Shown piece after piece: positions 16,828 to 23,800 of a stretch of DNA of 37,986 nt (position 1 is the stretch's first letter; the number at the start of each line of letters is the position of its first letter). Origin of the DNA: a bacterium (GTDB lineage: Bacteria; Desulfobacterota; DSWW01); the NCBI GenBank assembly GCA_040756235.1, contig JBFLZG010000005.1, positions 1-37,986 on the forward strand. Direction: 5' to 3'. The notes beneath the pieces were generated by a model. It saw nothing but the letters and a program-made list of their open reading frames with translations, did no database searches and was not told the origin of the DNA. Both the position numbers and the translations under genes were made by a program.

Positions 16828-16924
16828 TGGGTCGCCCGGGCACGGTGCGGAGACTTCCGCCCCCGGTTTACAGGTATGCGACGGCGATGGTAACCTGCCG
16901 CAGAGCACCTGAGAGGCAGCCCGT

Positions 16925-17398
16925 ATGAAATCATCCTATACGCTCTACGACGAGTCTCAGATCCTGCTGGCTGCGGTCCGGCTGTTCCGACACCGTGAGA
17001 AACGCCCGCCTTCGATCCAGGAGCTTGCCGAATGGACCGGCTTCTCCGTCGAGGCGGTTCACCATCTCTGCAACCGGCTCGAGCGGATCGGCGCCCTGGA
17101 GCGGATCCGGGGCGCTTTCGAAGACCACGTCGCCCTCAAGGACCCCCTCGAGGCGGAGAAGCTGCGCGAGGTCGTGGAATCCGCGGACATCGAAGCGGAC
17201 GTAAAGAAGTGGAAGGAGCACAGGGCGGAATCCATCCGGGAGGTGGAGAAGCGGTTTTCGGGCGACGCGATCGAGCGCGAAAAAGAGGATCTTTTCTCGA
17301 AAATCGAAGAGCGGCTGCGCAAGGGCGGCAGACAGGAAAGCCCGAGCCCTCTGGATGCGCTGTTCCGCAAGGATCTCGGCAAGAAAGACTCCTCCTGA
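16925..17398 (+). CDS. Hypothetical protein with N-terminal winged HTH and charged helical tail
   Basis: PPSIQELAEWTGFSVEAVHHLCNRLERIGAL; RBS GAGG; host-like codon use. Confidence 0.75.
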   Translation: MKSSYTLYDESQILLAAVRLFRHREKRPPSIQELAEWTGFSVEAVHHLCNRLERIGALERIRGAFEDHVALKDPLEAEKLREVVESADIEADVKKWKEHRAESIREVEKRFSGDAIEREKEDLFSKIEERLRKGGRQESPSPLDALFRKDLGKKDSS

Positions 17399-17466
17399 CG
17401 AGCCCACCCCACCCGTACCCGCGACTCGCCCGATGCGGGGCGGACGTTCGCATCCGGAGACCGACC

Positions 17467-18141
17467 ATGTCGAGCACAGCGCGCAGTCAGTTCGTCATCG
17501 ACGAGTGGAAGATCCAGGATACCTGGAGACTGTTTCGTATCCTCAGCGAATTCGTCGAGGGCTTCGAGGTCCTCTCCGGAATCGGGAAGGCCGTGGCCAT
17601 CTTCGGGTCTGCCAGGACCGGCCGAGGGGATCCGTACTACCAGAAGACCGAGGAGCTCGCGCGCCTGCTGGCTCGGGAGGGATTCGCCGTCATCACGGGC
17701 GGGGGCCCGGGGCTCATGGAAGCGGCCAACAAAGGTGCTGCCGCGGCCAACGGCCGCAGCGTCGGGCTCAACATAGAGCTTCCCTTGGAACAGAAGCCCA
17801 ACCCGTACGCCACCGTCAGCATGGGATTCCGATACTTCTTCAGCAGGAAGGTCATGTTCGTCAAGTATGCAATGGCCTACATCATCATGCCGGGAGGTTT
17901 CGGCACGCTGGACGAGCTCACCGAGGCCGTCACCCTGATCCAGACCAAGAAGATACAGCCCTTTCCGGTGATCCTGGTAGGCAGCGAATACTGGTCAGGG
18001 TTGGTGGGCTGGATGAGGGATACGTTGCTCACCCAGGGAATGATCTCGGAGGACGATTTCTCCATCCTGAAGATCATCGACGACCCTGCGGAAGTCGTGA
18101 CCTACCTCCGTCAGAGCGTGGTCTTACAGGCCGGGGCCTGA
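17467..18141 (+). CDS. LOG family (TIGR00730) Rossmann-fold nucleotide phosphoribohydrolase
   Basis: IFGSART, ITGGGPGLMEAANKGA, EQKPNPY, FRYFFSRKVMFVKY, PGGFGTLDE. Confidence 0.93.
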   Translation: MSSTARSQFVIDEWKIQDTWRLFRILSEFVEGFEVLSGIGKAVAIFGSARTGRGDPYYQKTEELARLLAREGFAVITGGGPGLMEAANKGAAAANGRSVGLNIELPLEQKPNPYATVSMGFRYFFSRKVMFVKYAMAYIIMPGGFGTLDELTEAVTLIQTKKIQPFPVILVGSEYWSGLVGWMRDTLLTQGMISEDDFSILKIIDDPAEVVTYLRQSVVLQAGA

Positions 18142-19033
18142 CCTTGTCCGGATAGTACACGACGTCCTCATCGGTGATCGGCCGATCGAATTTCTGATAG
18201 GCGTCATGCAGGTTCCGGGGCAGCTTGAACATCCCTGCATGCAGCTCCGGAGAGTAGTAGCGGAGCGGCAGGCGTCTTCTCCGGAACGGCCTGTCGATGT
18301 CGACCGCCTCCGGATCGCGGACCTTGGAAGCCAGGGTGAAACTGTACAGCTCGTGATAGGAGTGGCTCATGTATCCGTAAGGCCGGACGAAGGGGAAGAT
18401 CTGGCGCAGGGTGTTGCGCACCCTCGCGTGCGCCTCGATCCGGGCCGGGTTGAGCGTCTCGCTCTGAACGGCCGCACAGCCTCTGGGGCTGAGCCGATCG
18501 TAGGCGATCCTGTAGAACTCCTTCGTGTAAAGAAGGGTCGAAGGCCCCCCCTGCAGAGGGTCGGAAAGATCGATGATGATGGCATCGAACTTCTCGCGTG
18601 TCTCCTCCAGGAACTTTCTCCCGTCCTCGAACCGCACTTCCACCCGGCTGTCCTCGTAGGCGCCCTGAGACCAGGCCGGCAAGTAGGTTTTGCAGATGCG
18701 CACGAGCTCCTCGTCGATGTCGATCATGACGACCCTCTTGGGATCGTGCTTGAGCGCTTCCCGCAAGGTGGCGCCTTCCGCGCCGCCGATGATGCAAACC
18801 GAGCGGATTGGGGCGTGGGTGAACAGGGCGGGGTGCACCATCATCTCGTGATAGATGAACTCGTCCAGCTCCGAAGACTGGGCCATGTTGTCCAGGAAGA
18901 GCATGCGGCCAAAGCCGTAGGTATCCACCACGTCGATTTGCTGATACTTGGAGCGGGTAGAGAGCACGATTTCCTTGACCCGGTGCGAGATCCGCACGTT
19001 TGTGTTTTTTTCTACAAACCATCTGTTCGCCAT
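18074..19033 (-). CDS. speE: Polyamine aminopropyltransferase
   Basis: SKYQQI, FGRMLFLD, DEFIYHEMMVHP, IIGGAEGATLRE, IDID, DLSDP, LYTKEFY. Confidence 0.93.
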   Translation of the reverse strand: MANRWFVEKNTNVRISHRVKEIVLSTRSKYQQIDVVDTYGFGRMLFLDNMAQSSELDEFIYHEMMVHPALFTHAPIRSVCIIGGAEGATLREALKHDPKRVVMIDIDEELVRICKTYLPAWSQGAYEDSRVEVRFEDGRKFLEETREKFDAIIIDLSDPLQGGPSTLLYTKEFYRIAYDRLSPRGCAAVQSETLNPARIEAHARVRNTLRQIFPFVRPYGYMSHSYHELYSFTLASKVRDPEAVDIDRPFRRRRLPLRYYSPELHAGMFKLPRNLHDAYQKFDRPITDEDVVYYPDKVRPRPVRPRSDGGRSRLPQGRR

Positions 19034-19099
19034 GTTCGGATTCCGCTCCCTTTGCTCTACTTCTTCATCTTATGGAATTCTGCCGAGCCGACCCAACGT

Positions 19100-19504
19100 T
19101 CAAGCGGAAGGGCAAGAGCTCTCGGAGGGTTTGTGCCGCATCTCGGCGGGGGCAAGCTGCAGGGTGCCTCTCTGCACCTCCATGACCGAGACGTTCTGAG
19201 CGCGCAGTTCCGTGCGGATGTGATCGAAGATGAAATCGAGCCGCACTTGGTCGCCGCAGGTGAAGATGTCGACCGCTCCATAGCCGTACTCGGGCCAGGT
19301 ATGTATGGCTACGTGAGATTCCGCGATCACGATCACGCCGCTGACACCGTGAGGCGAGAACTGGTGGAAGAAAGGCCGGATGATGGTGGCCCCCGATCGG
19401 TGGATCGCCTCCGTAAGAACGATTTCCAACCGCGAGGGATCGTCCAGAAGGGTTGTATCGCACCCGTAGAGCTCCACGATCAACTGTCTCCCCAAGGACT
19501 GCAT
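19100..19504 (-). CDS. speD: S-adenosylmethionine decarboxylase proenzyme (pyruvoyl, class 1b)
   Basis: FSPHGVSGVIVIAESHVAIHTWPEYGYGAVDIFTCG with the E-SH cleavage site. Confidence 0.93.
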   Translation of the reverse strand: MQSLGRQLIVELYGCDTTLLDDPSRLEIVLTEAIHRSGATIIRPFFHQFSPHGVSGVIVIAESHVAIHTWPEYGYGAVDIFTCGDQVRLDFIFDHIRTELRAQNVSVMEVQRGTLQLAPAEMRHKPSESSCPSA

Positions 19505-19555
19505 GCGTCTTCCCTCCCTCGGCTCGAGGCATCCCAACCGGTGGTGGGGGCCCAT

Positions 19556-19649
19556 CAGGCTGCCGCAAAACGCCCTCGGGGGCTTCGCCTGCCTGCATCC
19601 GGGCATTCTCGACCGCCTGAACGGAGCCTGCTTTTTCAACAGGCTCCGT
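19556..19649. repeat. Degenerate, internally deleted copy of the MITE-like repeat plus adjacent hairpin
   Basis: CAGGCTGCCGCAAAACGCCC...TCGGGGGCTTCGCCTGCCTGCATCCGGGCATTCTCGACCGCCTG aligns with both ends of the reverse complement of 22498-22624; hairpin ACGGAGCCTG/CAGGCTCCGT at 19621-19649. Confidence 0.55.
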
Positions 19650-19933
19650 GGATGTCTCTGAAGCCTGTTCTCACCCCTTCCTGCTGTTTGGGTTCCCTCT
19701 CCCGGGAGGGCTGTCGAGAGGTTTGTTTCTCGAGACCCTCTTTGCGGAGGAAGGAGCCGATCGGAAGCCGCTCCGCGGGACCGTCTCCCGGAGGTGCGGC
19801 TTCACAGTTTGGGTATGGGCTCGTTGAATTTAAACACTCCTTAGTATAGTGTGTTCTAGTTTTTGTCAACTAACTTTAGGATAAAAAAGTCTATCTCTCT
19901 TGCGCCGCTCTCGGGCGCAGCTCAAACGATGGA

Positions 19934-21367
19934 GTGACGGTCATCTTGGCTAGTGAAAAAAGTTCTGCTATTAGTGCAGTTGGGAACAGATTATCAAGTA
20001 TACGTTTAACTATAGGGCTGTGCATCGTCCTGGCTGCGGTATCTGTCTTGGGGACCGTCATTCCGCAGGACGCTCCGCCCGAGCAGTACCAGGCCTTGTA
20101 CGGCGCCACCGGCGCGAGGATTCTGTCCGGCCTGGGGCTGCTCGATCTCTACCACTCGGCAGGTTTCATCCTGCTGCTCGCACTGCTGGCCGTGAACCTG
20201 GCTGCGTGCACCCTGCACCGGATCCGCGGCGTCTGGCGCAGCCTTCGGGGGCCGTCTTCCCTTCCCCGGGATCTGGAGCTGAGCGAGTGGAAGCACCGTG
20301 ACACGTTGCGACTCCGCGGCGATCGGGAGGAGATCGAAAGGGCCCTCGACCGTTTGCTTCCCAAGATCTTCGGGAAGCCGATGAGAGCGGGTACGGCGGA
20401 TGCGGCAGCCGGGAAGAGGGTCCTGCGGCTCGAGCGCAACCGTTTCGCGCGCCTCGGACCCTATGTGGCCCACGTCAGCCTCCTGATCATTCTGCTTGGA
20501 GGCCTGACCGGCGCCCTGTTCGGGTTCAAGGGATCCATGGTCCTGCGCGAAGGAGAGGAGTCGTCGAAGGTCTGGCTGCAGAACGGAGGCAGGAGCGTCG
20601 ATCTGCCCTTTCGGGTGCGCTGCGAGCGGTTCGTGGTGGAGAGCTATCCCAACGGCAGCCCCAAGGAGTTCCGCAGCGAGGTCACCCTTCTGGGGGATGG
20701 AGGGGAGAAGCAGGCTCAGGGGTCCATCCGTGTGAATCATCCCCTCTCCCACAATGGGATCACCTTTTATCAGTCTACCTACGGTTCGGTGCCGGAGCTG
20801 TCCCTGCAGGTGGAACATCCGGATGCCGGCGAGCACACGGTCATCCAGGCAGAGCTCAACGTGCCTTTCGTGCTGCCGGGGAAGCAGGGCGAACGGGCGA
20901 GGGTCGTGCGTTTTCAGGAAGACCTGATCATCCCGCCGGAGATGGCCAGGGTCACCTCTTTCCCGGGGGGGAGCCTGGGGCCGGCCGTGCAGATCGAGAT
21001 CTTCGACGAGCAGGGGTTTCACGAGCCCTTCTGGATTTTCCAGAACTTCCCCGAGATGGACCGGAAAAGGGCGACCCCTTACCACTTTCGGCTCTCCGGT
21101 TTCCGCCTGCTCCCGTATACGGGGCTTCAGGTAGCGCGGGACCCGGGTGCCGTTCTCGTCTGGATCGGCTGCACGCTTCTCGTTGCCGGATTTCTCGTGT
21201 CGCTTCTCATGGATCACGAGATCGTGTGGGCGATCCGGGAGATCGAAGGCAAAGATCGCGTCAAGGTCCAGCTTGCCGGAAGGGCTGTCCGTCATCCGCT
21301 GGGGTACGCCGGCCGGTTCGAGAGGCGAAAATCACGGCTGCGAAAGCGGCTTTCCCACTGGCTCTAA
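19934..21367 (+). CDS. resB: Cytochrome c biogenesis protein ResB/Ccs1 (system II)
   Basis: LGTVIPQ, DLYHS, NLAACT, AHVSLLIILLG, FRSEV, IRVNHPL...FYQSTYG, YTGLQVARDPG. Confidence 0.93.
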   Translation: MTVILASEKSSAISAVGNRLSSIRLTIGLCIVLAAVSVLGTVIPQDAPPEQYQALYGATGARILSGLGLLDLYHSAGFILLLALLAVNLAACTLHRIRGVWRSLRGPSSLPRDLELSEWKHRDTLRLRGDREEIERALDRLLPKIFGKPMRAGTADAAAGKRVLRLERNRFARLGPYVAHVSLLIILLGGLTGALFGFKGSMVLREGEESSKVWLQNGGRSVDLPFRVRCERFVVESYPNGSPKEFRSEVTLLGDGGEKQAQGSIRVNHPLSHNGITFYQSTYGSVPELSLQVEHPDAGEHTVIQAELNVPFVLPGKQGERARVVRFQEDLIIPPEMARVTSFPGGSLGPAVQIEIFDEQGFHEPFWIFQNFPEMDRKRATPYHFRLSGFRLLPYTGLQVARDPGAVLVWIGCTLLVAGFLVSLLMDHEIVWAIREIEGKDRVKVQLAGRAVRHPLGYAGRFERRKSRLRKRLSHWL

Positions 21368-21393
21368 ACGGCTCTAGTCCGAGCGGGGAGAAC

Positions 21394-22236
21394 ATGAGCG
21401 AACAGACTCTGGTAAGCATCTGCATTTGGATCTATATCACCAGCTGGGTCTTCTACCTCGTCCACGCTATCGTCCGCCACAGAGGGTCCGGCGTGCTTGC
21501 GGACCTGCTGGCCGTTTCGGGATTGGTCCTTCAGACCGTTGCGATCGTCTTTCGCTGGGTGAGCTCCCATCGCATGGAGATCGGCCATGCTCCGCTGTCG
21601 AACCTCTACGAGTCCATGGTCTTCTTCGCCTGGACGATCGTTCTGATCTATCTGCTTTCCCTCAAGCGGTTGAAGTCCCGCATCCTCGGAGTGATCGTGC
21701 TGCCCCTGGCTTTTCTGTCCCTGGCCTCCACCTCTCTCATGGATCGACAGATCCAGCCCCTCATGCCCGCGCTGCAAAGCAACTGGCTCACGGCACACGT
21801 CATCACGTGCTTTCTCGGCTATGCCGCCTTTGCCGTGGCCTTCGCGGTGAGCCTGCTCTATTTGTGGAGCCTGCGGGCAGGGGGCCGTGCGGCATCCGAA
21901 GGGAGCCTGCTCCGACGGCTTCCTCCCGCCGACGTCTTGGATGATTTTTCCTACCGGATCATCGCCGTCGGGTTTCCGCTGTTGACCCTCGGGATCATCA
22001 CCGGCGCAGCCTGGGCCAATTCCGCCTGGGGGACTTACTGGAGTTGGGACCCGAAGGAGACCTGGTCTCTGATCGTCTGGCTCATCTATGCGGCGTACCT
22101 GCATGCGCGCATCGTCCGCGGCTGGTCCGGGCGGCGCAGCGCGTGGCTCTCCGTCTGCGGGTTTGCCGCCACCCTGTTCTGCTATCTCGGCGTGAACCTC
22201 TTGCTCTCGGGGCTTCACAGTTACGCTTCGGGTTGA
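21394..22236 (+). CDS. ccsB: Cytochrome c biogenesis protein CcsB/ResC
   Basis: HAPLSNLYES, PALQSNWLTAHV, WWD domain GAAWANSAWGTYWSWDPKETW, GLHSYA. Confidence 0.95.
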   Translation: MSEQTLVSICIWIYITSWVFYLVHAIVRHRGSGVLADLLAVSGLVLQTVAIVFRWVSSHRMEIGHAPLSNLYESMVFFAWTIVLIYLLSLKRLKSRILGVIVLPLAFLSLASTSLMDRQIQPLMPALQSNWLTAHVITCFLGYAAFAVAFAVSLLYLWSLRAGGRAASEGSLLRRLPPADVLDDFSYRIIAVGFPLLTLGIITGAAWANSAWGTYWSWDPKETWSLIVWLIYAAYLHARIVRGWSGRRSAWLSVCGFAATLFCYLGVNLLLSGLHSYASG

Positions 22237-22250
22237 CCCCGAAGCCCGAC

Positions 22251-22472
22251 ATGATCGAGACCGCTCTGAAATACAAACTCGCCGCCTTCGCTTGCATCGG
22301 TGCGGCCAGCCTGGGAAGGATCTTTCGGGAGGAGCTCGGGGCTGTTCCCGATCCGCTCTGGAACGGAATCCTGCTGGTTCTTCTCGCGCTGGGGCTTTTT
22401 TTCTGGATCCGTTCCCGACAGCCGCGCTGCGGGCCGCAGGATGTCCATGCAGACGAGCCGGACGGCAGATAG
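22251..22472 (+). CDS. Small hypothetical membrane protein
   Basis: 73 aa with two hydrophobic segments, 14 bp after ccsB. Confidence 0.5.
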   Translation: MIETALKYKLAAFACIGAASLGRIFREELGAVPDPLWNGILLVLLALGLFFWIRSRQPRCGPQDVHADEPDGR

Positions 22473-22497
22473 AGCTTGTCCCACAAGCTCTACTTTG

Positions 22498-22624
22498 AGA
22501 GCCTGTTCAAAAATGCCCAGATGCAAGGCGCGCGAAATCCCGAGGAATGAGGCGTACATTTCAGTACGCCGCAGTGACGAGGGATGAGCGCAACGCCGCA
22601 GATGGGCGTTTAGGGACAGGCTCT
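22498..22624. mobile_element. MITE-like non-autonomous element (127 bp)
   Basis: Imperfect 27-bp terminal inverted repeats AGAGCCTGTTCAAAAATGCCCAGATGC / GCAGATGGGCGTTTAGGGACAGGCTCT, internal hairpin GGCGTAC...GTACGCC, no ORF. Confidence 0.7.
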
Positions 22625-22792
22625 AGATAAGAAAAGGCCCCGGGGTGTGGGGTTTGTGAGGAGGGTGTGAGTCAAAGGGGCCCGGCCACCCCGGGGCGGA
22701 AGTCTCAACGCACGTCAAGATAGACCTTCCCGCATGGGGAAAAGTTCCGAACCAGAAGAGGGCGCAAGACAGGGCGCTCGGCCGGAGATCGA

Positions 22793-23548
22793 ATGCGTAG
22801 GGCTCTGGTGCTGCTCGGGCTGATCGCGGCATGGCCCTGTTCGGCTCCGAACGTCCGAGGCCCGGAAACCGTGCAGTTCGAGAGTCCGCTGGGGCCGGTG
22901 AGCTTCGGTCACGCTCGGCACGGGCAGGAGCTGGCCGTCGATTGCCGCAAGTGCCATCATCAAGAAACTCCGGCAGGGCAGGCGATGCAGCCTTGCCGGC
23001 TCTGCCACAGGAGCAGAGCCGAGACCGTCGAGGGCGGTCCTCCTTCTTTCTATCAGGTGAAGATGGAGTTTTGCAGGGGTTGTCACCGGGAAGAAAACGA
23101 AAGAAGAAGGAGGACAGAACAGGCGCCGGTGAGCTGCGAGCAGTGCCACCAAATCAAGAAGATGCTGAAGCAGGCAGCTGCGCCACCCCTGGAGTGGAAG
23201 AGATCTTTACGAGTTGCAAAAGAAACCGACGTGCGCGACGCATCTGCGCGTGGTCCGAGGGAAGACGTAATGGAAAAAGGGAGCAGCTTTCGATGCCTTA
23301 CGATGCTCTCCGGCTCCCGCCCGTCCCGCTGGCACAATGCTTGCCTCATCTGGGCACCGGTGTCCGGCACACGCGGGAAGCGGCCGGAAGAAGGAGTGGA
23401 TGAAAAAACTCGGCGGTCTCTCTGCCTCCAAAAAGGGGGTCTGCGGCAGGATGCTTGTTTGTGTGACAGGCTTCAGGTTGTTCTTGACACCTCGAGGGCT
23501 TGTTTGTTACGCTTTTGCACGGATCCCAAGCCGCGCGTAATTATCTGA
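22793..23548 (+). CDS. Tetraheme cytochrome c3-family (class III) protein; 3' end after ~23190 doubtful
   Basis: Signal peptide, FGHARH, CRKCHH, CRLCH, CRGCH, CEQCH; the tail reads through promoter-like DNA. Confidence 0.8.
   Translation: MRRALVLLGLIAAWPCSAPNVRGPETVQFESPLGPVSFGHARHGQELAVDCRKCHHQETPAGQAMQPCRLCHRSRAETVEGGPPSFYQVKMEFCRGCHREENERRRRTEQAPVSCEQCHQIKKMLKQAAAPPLEWKRSLRVAKETDVRDASARGPREDVMEKGSSFRCLTMLSGSRPSRWHNACLIWAPVSGTRGKRPEEGVDEKTRRSLCLQKGGLRQDACLCDRLQVVLDTSRACLLRFCTDPKPRVII
23330..23344 (+). promoter_or_regulatory. Sigma-54 promoter motif upstream of eutBC
   Basis: TGGCACAATGCTTGC matches TGGCAC-N5-TTGC. Confidence 0.55.
23484..23513 (+). promoter_or_regulatory. Sigma-70 promoter upstream of eutBC
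   Basis: TTGACA-18-TACGCT with extended -10 TG. Confidence 0.55.
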
Positions 23549-23800
23549 TCGCGCTCAACAATAATCTGTAATGACCAGCACAATTCAGGTCTACGCCACC
23601 ACGCCCCTCGCTGCACTGGACAACATGCGAGATCTTTCCGTCTCTGCCCCGTCCCCTGTGGTACCTGGTCGAATGATCATTTGAGAACCCCCTCTAGCGG
23701 GTCCCTCGCGGGGTCCCGCAGGTCCGAAAGGAGGAAGCAAGGCTATTCACGGAGTTCCGAGGTCCTATCGTCTTAACCACAACGAGGAAAGGAGAGAGTC

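Noticed and set aside
19841..19869. Sigma-70 promoter for speD or NrdR box
   Set aside because: TTGACA-TATACT spacing is only 15 bp and no nrd gene is adjacent; plausible but not supportable.
23715..23745. SRP RNA or ANTAR hairpin (CAGGTCCGAAAGGAGGAAGCAAGG)
   Set aside because: Only a partial match to SRP domain IV, with no long flanking stem; no dual ANTAR hairpins.
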